A stretch of 32,031 bases of DNA from Candidatus Magasanikiibacteriota bacterium (GCA_026396555.1 JAPLWO010000064.1:1-32031); one strand, 5' to 3'. Positions 24,272 to 31,977 are shown, counted from the first letter of the stretch. Made by a program: numbers and translations. Notes: generated from the sequence alone by a model not told the origin.

Positions 24272-25216
24272 TTACGTGCGTAAATGCTTACGCATCGCAA
24301 GCATAGCCGTTAACCATGCGAGTAACAGAACCACAACATATTGCAAGCCAAATGTTGAAATCCATGAACCGAAGTAGTATTCGTACAATGAAAAACCATT
24401 GCCCGTAAAAATAGGACCGAGGTACGGATCCAGTGCACGAGACAATGCGCCAATAAGCCCTGCTGTTGCCGCAAACGCAGCAGTCACATACACAAACACT
24501 TCGATAAAAAAAGGCGCGCGAATAAATGCATTTGTTGCACCCACCAATTTCTTGATTGCAATTTCTTCGCGCTGTGTATAAATCGCAACGCGAATTGCAT
24601 TAAAAATAATGAGTATCGCAATAAGTGCAAATAAACATGCGAGACCAAAAGAAATTAATTGTGCACGCGATGTAAACAATTCCACATTCCGAACAATTTT
24701 GCTGCGATCTTCAAATGAACGCTTCTGAATAATTGTTTTAAACTCGTCGGCTGAAAGTGCGGTCAAAATTTTCTGATAATCTGTAGCCTCTTTTGCGTGG
24801 ATCACAAGAATTGCGCCGAGTGGATTTGAATCTAACACGCCCAGAGATTTAATAATGTCTGGATCATCCGAGTGGCGCTCTTTAAAGGTTGCAAGCGCTT
24901 GATCCGGGCTTACATAATCACTATTCGACACGCTCGCAACTTGATATACGTAATCTTTAACTTTTTGAATTTGATCTGGCGTCGCAGCGGTTGTAAAAAA
25001 AATACTGACATCAACTTGATGTTCGACCGCAGTGACCGCTGCATTCGTGAGTGCACGCAAACCAAGCAATGCGTTAACGGAAACAAGTGCGAGTGTCACG
25101 ATGGTAATTGTAATGAATACCATCCCGATATTACGCGCTAAATTTTGCAGCGCATATTTTCCAGCGCGACCCCACACAGTCAAAAAAGAAATTCTACCCC
25201 GATTTTTAAATGACAT
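24272..25216 (-). CDS. ftsX: Cell-division ABC transporter permease-like protein FtsX
   Basis: 314 aa. One N-terminal TM, a periplasmic domain, then three TMs. It carries the KKLVGATNAFIRAPFF motif and overlaps ftsE by 11 nt. Confidence 0.88.
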   Translation of the reverse strand: MSFKNRGRISFLTVWGRAGKYALQNLARNIGMVFITITIVTLALVSVNALLGLRALTNAAVTAVEHQVDVSIFFTTAATPDQIQKVKDYVYQVASVSNSDYVSPDQALATFKERHSDDPDIIKSLGVLDSNPLGAILVIHAKEATDYQKILTALSADEFKTIIQKRSFEDRSKIVRNVELFTSRAQLISFGLACLFALIAILIIFNAIRVAIYTQREEIAIKKLVGATNAFIRAPFFIEVFVYVTAAFAATAGLIGALSRALDPYLGPIFTGNGFSLYEYYFGSWISTFGLQYVVVLLLAWLTAMLAMRKHLRT

Positions 25217-25886
25217 ATTTTCCTGTTTTTTGATCGTGTGTTATGTGACCTCCATCGAGTGTGATCACGCGGCGTTTTAATCCGTTCACGATTTCGCGAT
25301 TATGCGTAACGAGCAGAACTGTTGTTCCAAACTCATTTACTTTTTTTAAAATGCGAATAATTTCTTGCGCATTAATCGTATCAAGATTTCCCGTTGGTTC
25401 ATCTGCGACTAAAATTTTTGGACGATGTGCAAGCGCACGCGCGATCGCGACGCGCTGTTGTTCGCCGCCTGACATTTCGTGCGGAAAACGATGTGTGGCG
25501 CCTTCAAGACCAACGAGACTTGCAAGTTGCTGAACTGCGCGATTAATGTGACCGCGCTGCTCCCCCGCAACTTCTAGCGCAAACGCAATATTTTCGTGCG
25601 CCGTTTTGTTTGGTAATAATTTAAAGTCTTGAAAAATAATTCCCATCTGGCGACGGAGCAGCGGAACTTCGCGATCGCGAATGCCGGTTATATCCCAGCC
25701 ACCGATTTCGATGCGGCCGCGCGTTGGGCGTTCCTCGGCGATCAATAATTTAACCAGCGTCGTTTTTCCCGTGCCACTTTGCCCGACAATTGATACAAAT
25801 TCGCCCGCCTCGATAAAGAGATGAACGTCTTCGAGCGCGTGAATGCCACCCGGATATGATTTTGAAATGGAGTCGAGGCGAATCAT
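25206..25886 (-). CDS. ftsE: Cell-division ATP-binding protein FtsE
   Basis: Walker [10 protein letters not shown], signature [14 protein letters not shown], and Walker [14 protein letters not shown] TGaTATAAT lies at 25893-25901, only 6 nt before the ATG. Confidence 0.93.
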   Translation of the reverse strand: MIRLDSISKSYPGGIHALEDVHLFIEAGEFVSIVGQSGTGKTTLVKLLIAEERPTRGRIEIGGWDITGIRDREVPLLRRQMGIIFQDFKLLPNKTAHENIAFALEVAGEQRGHINRAVQQLASLVGLEGATHRFPHEMSGGEQQRVAIARALAHRPKILVADEPTGNLDTINAQEIIRILKKVNEFGTTVLLVTHNREIVNGLKRRVITLDGGHITHDQKTGKYVI

Positions 25887-25926
25887 GAACAGATTATATC
25901 AAGACAACTCGATGAGCGCTATGGGC

Positions 25927-25955
25927 TAGACAAAAATGTGGAAATATTTTATACT
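25927..25955 (+). promoter_or_regulatory. Promoter for tRNA-Thr (TAGACA-17-TATACT)
   Basis: The sequence is tagaca aaaatgtggaaatattt tatact. It predicts a leader of about 105 nt. Confidence 0.5.
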
Positions 25956-26067
25956 TGGACGACTTAACGTCACTCGCCAAAGCTCCTTCGCGCCTCTCGG
26001 CGCTCGGGCTGCCGGCTCCGTTCGAAAGAAATTTCGAACGTAAGCGTTCAAATTTCTTTCTCGCTAC

Positions 26068-26140
26068 GCCACTTTAGCTCAGCTGGTAGAGCAATGCTTT
26101 CGTAAAGCAGAGGTCCCGAGTTCGATCCTCGGAAGTGGCT
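26068..26140 (+). tRNA. tRNA-Thr (anticodon CGU), CCA not encoded
   Basis: GCCACTT-TA-GCTC-AGCTGGTA-GAGC-A-ATGCT-TTCGTAA-AGCAG-AGGTC-CCGAG-TTCGATC-CTCGG-AAGTGGC-T; 73 nt, with one A-G mismatch at the top of the anticodon stem. Confidence 0.9.
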
Positions 26141-26148
26141 TATAAAAT

Positions 26149-26174
26149 TCCTCACCCCTGTGGTGGGGATTTTT
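26149..26174. terminator. Terminator after tRNA-Thr (and after the convergent GATase gene)
   Basis: Stem tcctcacc/ggtgggga with a 5-nt loop, followed by TTTTT. Confidence 0.65.
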
Positions 26175-26889
26175 ATTTGGTGAACAATGCAAAATTTTTA
26201 AGCACAGATTGTGCAATCGGCGCATCGCGAAAAGATGCGATCAATTCAGCAAGTTTTTCTGGATCTTCCGCGTAATGTGGAAACATTGCAACGCGTTCTG
26301 TATTGGTCGCACGATCCATATCAGGATGAAACATCACACTCCACGCACGTCGATCTCCAATTCGAACCGCACCCGCAACAACGCGCTCAGTCGATCCGAG
26401 AATTTGAATATGTGACGGCAGATCAACCGGCGTATCTTGATGCGCGAGAATTGTTTCAAATGTTTTTTCTGGAAGCACGCCGAAAATAGGATCTGCAGCA
26501 GCAGCGTCAGTTAATGTAATTGGCAACACTCCCAATTCTTTCAATTCTGGCGCACGGCGAATCACAGAGCCTTCTTTCAGCAGCATAACTTGATGGCCAA
26601 AACAAATTCCAAAAACTGGAATATCACGTGCGTAAATTTCGTCAATAAATGCAAAAATTTTCGGGAGCCATGAATTTTCACCCGCACCTTCGCTCAAAAA
26701 AAATTCGCCGCTTCCACCAAAAATAACCGCTCCGACATCTGATAAAACTTCCGGTGGAAATTCATCAACAATGGCGCTCATGAATTTTAATCGCGGCGCC
26801 TCTTCGCCAATTGCAAGACTCACGCATTTTTGCTCGTGCGGTAGAGATTGGTCGGTTCGAAATTGGACGAGAAGGATGTTTGAAGGCAT
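26173..26889 (-). CDS. Class I glutamine amidotransferase-like protein (GMP synthase-type GATase domain only)
   Basis: Nucleophile elbow VFGICFGHQ, then VMFHPDMD near the C-terminus; 238 aa. A -10-like TATGAT lies 11 nt before the ATG. Confidence 0.85.
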   Translation of the reverse strand: MPSNILLVQFRTDQSLPHEQKCVSLAIGEEAPRLKFMSAIVDEFPPEVLSDVGAVIFGGSGEFFLSEGAGENSWLPKIFAFIDEIYARDIPVFGICFGHQVMLLKEGSVIRRAPELKELGVLPITLTDAAAADPIFGVLPEKTFETILAHQDTPVDLPSHIQILGSTERVVAGAVRIGDRRAWSVMFHPDMDRATNTERVAMFPHYAEDPEKLAELIASFRDAPIAQSVLKNFALFTK

Positions 26890-26936
26890 ATATTTAGAGA
26901 ATCATAGCGTAACATTTAAAATTAGAAGTGACAAAT

Positions 26937-26970
26937 AAAAAAGACCCGCAACCGTGGTAAGGCTGCGGGC
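26937..26970 (-). terminator. Intrinsic terminator after the 26993..27796 gene
   Basis: The minus strand reads gcccgcagccttaccacggttgcgggtcTTTTTT. Confidence 0.7.
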
Positions 26971-26992
26971 GTGTAACGAGTCTGGTGCGGAT

Positions 26993-27796
26993 TTAGTACC
27001 GCGCGATCACTGTTGGAACGGTCCACTGAATGTTGTTCTTGCGCATGAACTTAGCCATTTTGTCTTCGGTGCCGGCTTCTACTCTCGTAAAACGGCCGGG
27101 TTCCTTTGAAAACTTGTCTGGCAACAGAAGAAGCGATCGACGACTTTCGTTCGCGCCGCCCTGAACAAACAATCCGCCGATCCACAAACCAGGCTGACGA
27201 CCACTACGCACTTCGTAATGCCACCGACGATGCATGCAGAGCGCTGCAAGTGCACCGATATCAGCGGGCACTTGTCCAGATTCCATCACCTCATGCGGAG
27301 TTTTACCCACGTTGGTCGCAAAGTCATGTGTTTCCCACACCAACTGACAATTACGTAAAAAATCACCACCTAATGAATATCGAAACACACGTTCATCTGG
27401 CTGCAATCGTGGCATCCCTTCCGCAGTTAGATAAAACTTTTCAGCTTCTCTGAAACGACGGTCATCTCCGCCGTTAATTACCAACGTATGTGCATTCCCT
27501 GGAGACGCAATCACGTTAGTAACGCGCATGATCGCATCATGCAACTGACCAGAACTACGATACGGTTCCGGCATCAAGTCAACTTGAAGTTGCATGCATG
27601 ACCACAGGCCTTGATCATGACACATGAGCACGTGTTCAAAAGCCGCTTGCACCATTCGCTCTGCGATCTCAGGATACTTAATGATCGATTCTGCAAGATC
27701 AATGGAAAAACCCGCCTCCCTCATCACACGTTTGAGTTCCGTCAATACGGAATCCGGAATTGCTCCGAAATCCTTAAATTGTGAAAACCTTTTCAT
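26993..27796 (-). CDS. Hypothetical protein (267 aa), GC-enriched orphan
   Basis: I prefer the ATG at 27796 (MKRFSQFKDFG), which is preceded by acaGGGAGtGGAGc. The longer track start at 27895 would run through the predicted promoter. No family motif was recognised. Confidence 0.6.
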   Translation of the reverse strand: MKRFSQFKDFGAIPDSVLTELKRVMREAGFSIDLAESIIKYPEIAERMVQAAFEHVLMCHDQGLWSCMQLQVDLMPEPYRSSGQLHDAIMRVTNVIASPGNAHTLVINGGDDRRFREAEKFYLTAEGMPRLQPDERVFRYSLGGDFLRNCQLVWETHDFATNVGKTPHEVMESGQVPADIGALAALCMHRRWHYEVRSGRQPGLWIGGLFVQGGANESRRSLLLLPDKFSKEPGRFTRVEAGTEDKMAKFMRKNNIQWTVPTVIARY

Positions 27797-27866
27797 GCTC
27801 CACTCCCTGTAACTGGCTGACCATTGGACCGGACGTTTGCCGGGGCATGGCTGACCAACTGAGTGG

Positions 27867-27895
27867 ATAGTAGATGAATGTAAGACAAAAGTCAA
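27867..27895 (-). promoter_or_regulatory. Sigma70-type promoter for the 27796 gene (TTGACT-17-TACTAT)
   Basis: The minus strand reads cacggTTGACTtttgtcttacattcatcTACTATccactc. Confidence 0.55.
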
Positions 27896-28006
27896 CCGTG
27901 CTCACACGGGAATCGCCGCTCGCATGAGCTCGCGGTCCGGGGCAGTCGAAACGCGCCCCGCGCGTTTCTTTGTGCTCGTCCGATTCCCTCTCGTAACCAA
28001 TCCAAA

Positions 28007-28037
28007 GAAAAAATCCCATCTTTTGGATGGGATTTTT
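28007..28037. terminator. Bidirectional intrinsic terminator after the tandem tRNA-Gly genes
   Basis: The sequence is aaaaaatcccatc-ttttg-gatgggatttttt. Confidence 0.8.
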
Positions 28038-28040
28038 TCT

Positions 28041-28115
28041 TTGGAGCGGGTAACGGGAATCGGACCCGTTTTTCGTCCTTGGCAAGGACGCATAATAGCC
28101 ATTATACGATACCCG
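28041..28115 (-). tRNA. tRNA-Gly (anticodon GCC), CCA encoded
   Basis: Reverse complement: GCGGGTA-TC-GTAT-AATGGCTA-TTAT-G-CGTCC-TTGCCAA-GGACG-AAAA-ACGGG-TCCGATT-CCCGT-TACCCGC-T-CCA. The D stem is AT-rich and weak, and the T loop is non-canonical (TCC). Confidence 0.88.
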
Positions 28116-28175
28116 CGTATCATTTCTTTTAAGCACAACGAGCAGTCTCCTTCACAAATCACTTTCAAACATCAT

Positions 28176-28246
28176 TAGCGGGGTACGGGAATCGGACCCG
28201 TGTCTCATGCTTGGGAAGCACGCATATTACCATTGTACTAACTCCG
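28176..28246 (-). tRNA. tRNA-Gly (anticodon CCC), CCA not encoded
   Basis: Reverse complement: GCGGAGT-TA-GTAC-AATGGTA-ATAT-G-CGTGC-TTCCCAA-GCATG-AGAC-ACGGG-TCCGATT-CCCGT-ACCCCGC-T. There is one A-C mismatch in the acceptor stem and the same TCC T loop. Confidence 0.8.
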
Positions 28247-28302
28247 CGCGAAACTGGTTCCACGTAGTTGTGAAACTAGTTTACCGAAACGTCTGACCGT
28301 TG

Positions 28303-29319
28303 TCAAGATTGAATATCATCCACAGCTGGAGCGCTGGTGTGTACAAACTGATGAACGCTTGCTGTCTTCAAATAATCCTGGACTTTTTGCACAACTGACG
28401 GAAATTTAAAGAGGATGTGACGAGCATGAACAGATTCTGGCTTACCTGTTTTATCGTCTTTAATATCAAGCACATTAATAATGTGGTAACCAAACTGTGT
28501 TTTTACCAAATCACTTACCTGTCCTTTTTTCATTGAAAAAACCGCATCTTCAAATGGCTTAACGGTCATGCCACGTGTGATTTGTCCTAAGTCTCCACCA
28601 TTTGATGCGCTCGAATCTTCACTCTGTTCTTTTGCAATCGTAGCAAAATCTTTTTTACCATCCTTAACTTCTGAAAGTGCCGCTTCAGCCTTCACACGAG
28701 TTGGACCGGTAAATGAATCGTCAGCCAAGAATGAATCTTGTAATTTCTGGAACAAAACCATTGAGCGAACAACACGGTCGCGATACTGTTCGTATGTCCA
28801 ACCAAAATTCGATTGAATATCTGCTTTAATTTTATCCTCGCCACCGCTTTGTGTTGCAATATCAGCAAGCTGTTTATCGAGTTCGGCCGTTGTGACAGTC
28901 ACACCATGATCGGCTGCAAATTTTTCTGCAGCCGCGGTCAAAAGTAAACGATGTAAAACGCGTAAACGCAAACCATCACCCTTATAATTATCTGGATTTG
29001 GCACACCGCCATTTGCACTCGCACTCGCAACATATTTAGTAAGTGCATCTGAATCTGTTTTAACATCAAACCAGGTGATCATTTTTCCATCAATCGTTGC
29101 AGCTGGCGCATGTACCGCTGCAAGAAAATTTGGAATAAATGCTGGAACTGAATCTGGTGCGCGATATGCAGCGAACACACTTCCTGCACCTCCAAGTACC
29201 ACAAGAGCAACAACCGCGCTCACAATCCCTTTCATAAATACTTTCTTTGGATTTGCGCCAGCTGTTTCTGAAGTTTCAACGACCATTTCCCCTTCTTCGT
29301 TATTTTGTAAGTCTTCCAT
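28303..29319 (-). CDS. Membrane-anchored parvulin-type peptidyl-prolyl isomerase (PpiC/PrsA/SurA-like)
   Basis: Starting from ATG 29319: an acidic N-terminus, a TM segment (GIVSAVVALVVLGGAGSVFAAY), a chaperone-like middle, then the parvulin motifs SNGGDLGQITRGMTVKPFEDAVF and TQFGYHIINV. The track start at 29391 would overlap the FtsB-like ORF. Confidence 0.85.
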   Translation of the reverse strand: MEDLQNNEEGEMVVETSETAGANPKKVFMKGIVSAVVALVVLGGAGSVFAAYRAPDSVPAFIPNFLAAVHAPAATIDGKMITWFDVKTDSDALTKYVASASANGGVPNPDNYKGDGLRLRVLHRLLLTAAAEKFAADHGVTVTTAELDKQLADIATQSGGEDKIKADIQSNFGWTYEQYRDRVVRSMVLFQKLQDSFLADDSFTGPTRVKAEAALSEVKDGKKDFATIAKEQSEDSSASNGGDLGQITRGMTVKPFEDAVFSMKKGQVSDLVKTQFGYHIINVLDIKDDKTGKPESVHARHILFKFPSVVQKVQDYLKTASVHQFVHTSAPAVDDIQS

Positions 29320-29329
29320 AAAGTTTATA

Positions 29330-29575
29330 TTAATTTGAACCAAAGAAATAATACCACCATTTTGCAGGATTTGAAAGTTCTGGAGCAGCATCTTCCGCGA
29401 CCGTCAAGATTGATGTTGCGGTAGAAGTCACATTTAATCCTGGAACCACCAAAACAGCTTCTCCAGGGCGTGCCGCTTGTAATTCTTCGCGGGCACGACC
29501 TTCAATATATGAATCGCTTTGTAATTTCTTCAACACCTCGAGCGATTCAATTTTTCTCTTTTGCAATTTACTCAC
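29330..29575 (-). CDS. FtsB/DivIC-like septum formation initiator family protein (short, no N-terminal TM)
   Basis: Motif SDSYIEGRAREELQAARPGEAVLVV. The GTG at 29573-29575 overlaps the TGA of the upstream bPH gene (GTGA). The track start at 29614 is TTG, inside that gene. Confidence 0.55.
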   Translation of the reverse strand: MSKLQKRKIESLEVLKKLQSDSYIEGRAREELQAARPGEAVLVVPGLNVTSTATSILTVAEDAAPELSNPAKWWYYFFGSN

Positions 29576-30033
29576 ATCACCTTGCAACGAAGACGAAAAA
29601 TCGCTGGCACACAAAGCTCAACCGAACCCCAACCTGTTTTAATGTTTACGTCCCCGTATCGAAAAAAGGTCTGTGCCGCGCCGTGAATATGAAACGAAAC
29701 ATCTTGAATTTGATCGAGCGATGACTGCGAAACAACGCGTTCAAAAAAACCGCGTTGATCGAAATCAATAATGCGGCACGATGTTACCACGAACACGTTA
29801 TGGAACCACAAAAAAAGTGTGCGTGTAAAAATGATAAGTCCACTCAGAAAAATAATCGCGCCACCCGCAATCCCCCACCCGTGTAATTTCATGAGTGGAA
29901 ACAAAAAGAAAAAAGGTGCAATCATTAAAACAAACGCGAGCGAATATTTTCCGAAATCAACTAACGGATAACGTCGAACTTCGCGTAAAATGTTTTCTCC
30001 ACTTTTTAATTCAACTGAGTCTGTGATTGCCAT
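29572..30033 (-). CDS. Membrane protein with two TM helices followed by a bacterial PH (bPH_2/DUF304-like) domain
   Basis: Starts at ATG 30033. Hydrophobic helices FVLMIAPFFFLFPLM and GIAGGAIIFLSGLIIF, followed by VVTSCRIIDFDQRGFFERVVSQSSLDQIQDVSF. Confidence 0.7.
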   Translation of the reverse strand: MAITDSVELKSGENILREVRRYPLVDFGKYSLAFVLMIAPFFFLFPLMKLHGWGIAGGAIIFLSGLIIFTRTLFLWFHNVFVVTSCRIIDFDQRGFFERVVSQSSLDQIQDVSFHIHGAAQTFFRYGDVNIKTGWGSVELCVPAIFRLRCKVM

Positions 30034-31349
30034 GTTGTATTTATTTGTTTGAGCGATTCGCGTACAACTGCCCGATCATCCCACGGAGTCATGGTGCGAT
30101 TCGGTCCGACGATCGCCTGTTCACAACCTTTTCCTGTTATTAACACTATATCGCCTGGCGCTGCTTTTTGCAATGCAAAAAGTATTGCTGCACGTCGATC
30201 ATCCACGATTTCTAAACCTCCATTTGCCTCTGTTTTTCCCCCCGCACGCACACCGCTCGCCACCATCTCAATAATTTCTCGAGGGTCTTCATCGTATGGA
30301 TCTTCATTTGTAACAACGACCAGTGCCGCGTGTTCCGCTGCAATTTTTCCAATCTTCGGTCGACGTGCTTTATCGCGACCACCACCTGTTCCGCCGAGCA
30401 CGTGAATCACACGTTCATGCGGAATTTTTGAAATCACCTCATACAAATTTGTCATCGCAACCGGCTCGAACGCAAAATCAATCAAAACTTTGAACGGCTG
30501 TCCTTCAGAAATGAATTCCGTACGCCCTGGAACTGCAGTAATTGTTTTGAGCGATGCAGCACACGCTTCAAGCGACACACCGATCGCAACCGCGACACTA
30601 CATGCAGCGATTGCATTATCAACTACATGTTCGCCGAGGAGCGGAACAAAAAACTGAACGCCATCCAAAATAAATTCAACGCCGTTCCCTAAAATTTTTG
30701 TATCCTGCGCTACAAATGCCCGCGACACACCAGCCACAGCTTTTTTGTGCGCCCACTTTCGATCAATTGGAAAATCAATAAATTCTTCTGCCTCCGCAAC
30801 TGCGCCATTCACGACTGCAGTTTTTGGAATATGAAAATTTTCTTTGATCGGCAAATACGCGAGGTATGTGAATAATCTTTTCTTTGCATTTTTATAATTT
30901 TCAAAACTGCCATGCGACTCAATGTGTTCTGGATATAAATTTGTGAGCAAACAAACATCGTAAAAAATTCCAAGATGACGAAATTGTTCGATACCCTGCG
31001 AAGTCGTCTCCACAATCGCAACATCACACCCTTCTTTTTGCATGCGCGACAAAAAAGCTTGTGTTCCCCAGCGCCCAAGCTGCGTCATTTTTGTTTTATT
31101 AAGTTTACACTCGTCGCCGATACAAAATTCAATAGTTGAACTTGACCCCACTTTGTGTCCCGCATCATTTAAAATTCGTCCCAGTAAAAAAACCGTCGTT
31201 GATTTTCCGCTGGTACCCGTTATACCAATCGTAATCATTTTTTTTGTTGGATATCCATAACGAACCGCGCCCGAAACGGACATGAGATAGTGGTACGCTC
31301 TAAATACAGGTTGCGGAACAATTTTACGAAGCATTGCAATCATAGGCAT
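30006..31349 (-). CDS. murE: Mur ligase family protein, MurE-like (short N-terminal domain)
   Basis: P-loop GITGTSGKSTT, plus VETTSQG and TNLYPEHIESHGSFENYKNAKKRLF (MurE-like). I prefer the ATG at 31349 over the TTG at 31352. Confidence 0.8.
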   Translation of the reverse strand: MPMIAMLRKIVPQPVFRAYHYLMSVSGAVRYGYPTKKMITIGITGTSGKSTTVFLLGRILNDAGHKVGSSSTIEFCIGDECKLNKTKMTQLGRWGTQAFLSRMQKEGCDVAIVETTSQGIEQFRHLGIFYDVCLLTNLYPEHIESHGSFENYKNAKKRLFTYLAYLPIKENFHIPKTAVVNGAVAEAEEFIDFPIDRKWAHKKAVAGVSRAFVAQDTKILGNGVEFILDGVQFFVPLLGEHVVDNAIAACSVAVAIGVSLEACAASLKTITAVPGRTEFISEGQPFKVLIDFAFEPVAMTNLYEVISKIPHERVIHVLGGTGGGRDKARRPKIGKIAAEHAALVVVTNEDPYDEDPREIIEMVASGVRAGGKTEANGGLEIVDDRRAAILFALQKAAPGDIVLITGKGCEQAIVGPNRTMTPWDDRAVVRESLKQINTTWQSQTQLN

Positions 31350-31362
31350 CAAATTAAATTGT

Positions 31363-31371
31363 ATTATAGCA
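31363..31371 (-). promoter_or_regulatory. Extended -10 element TGcTATAAT 13 nt upstream of the murE-like ATG
   Basis: The minus strand reads gcgTGcTATAATacaatttaatttgATG, lying inside the 28-nt gap after the methyltransferase stop. Confidence 0.45.
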
Positions 31372-31380
31372 CGCAGCGAC

Positions 31381-31977
31381 TCATTTTTTCTTCAGAGCAA
31401 GCGTAAACCATTTTTGATCTCGTAAATCATGTACATCCTCATAAACTACATCGTAACGACCTCCTGCGAATTTTTTTATGTCATCAGGAGTGTACAAAAA
31501 ATAAGTTCTAGTTCCAAACTCATCCGTTTTCGTAATACTGCCCTCACCAAATTTTAAAGAAATGTAAAAAACGCCACCAGGATTTAGTGCGCTATAAGCG
31601 CTCTCAAGAATTGATTTGATACTTGCAGATTCTGAATGCAGCAAGGACGCAAACGAAAAAATGATATCAATTCCGAGCGGAAATTCATACGTATCAATAT
31701 CAACGACTTCAAATTTTCCAGTTGGGGCTTCTACACGTGCAAGCTCAATCATCGATTTTGAGATATCCGTGCCGAGATAATTTTCTGTATGTTTTAAAAT
31801 CTCAATTGCGTCTCTGCCATTTCCACACCCAATTTCAAATGCAAATGGATTTGTTTTGTCGATAAAAGAAAATCCTCGATCAACATCTGATTTACGTCCA
31901 CCAATGTTATTAAATTTTACCGCCATTGCTTCTGCGGTTGTATTGTAGGTATCAATTGTTTGCTGTTTGAGATCCAT
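31381..31977 (-). CDS. Class I SAM-dependent methyltransferase
   Basis: Motif I FEIGCGNGRDA, an acidic post-I residue (YLGTDIS), and motif IV-like IDIIFSFASLLH; 198 aa. Confidence 0.85.
   Translation of the reverse strand: MDLKQQTIDTYNTTAEAMAVKFNNIGGRKSDVDRGFSFIDKTNPFAFEIGCGNGRDAIEILKHTENYLGTDISKSMIELARVEAPTGKFEVVDIDTYEFPLGIDIIFSFASLLHSESASIKSILESAYSALNPGGVFYISLKFGEGSITKTDEFGTRTYFLYTPDDIKKFAGGRYDVVYEDVHDLRDQKWFTLALKKK

Noticed and set aside
27774-28178. Three ORFs (84-120 aa) covering the GC-rich spacer and the tRNA-Gly genes
   Set aside because: They run straight through two tRNA genes and a terminator hairpin, and their translations are Arg/Gly/Ser-rich noise.
29320-29391. 24-codon N-terminal extension of the parvulin gene (MLLQNFQILQ...)
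   Set aside because: It would overlap the FtsB-like ORF by 62 nt and adds a non-hydrophobic, Asn/Ile/Gln-rich segment. The ATG at 29319 gives a sensible N-terminus-TM architecture.
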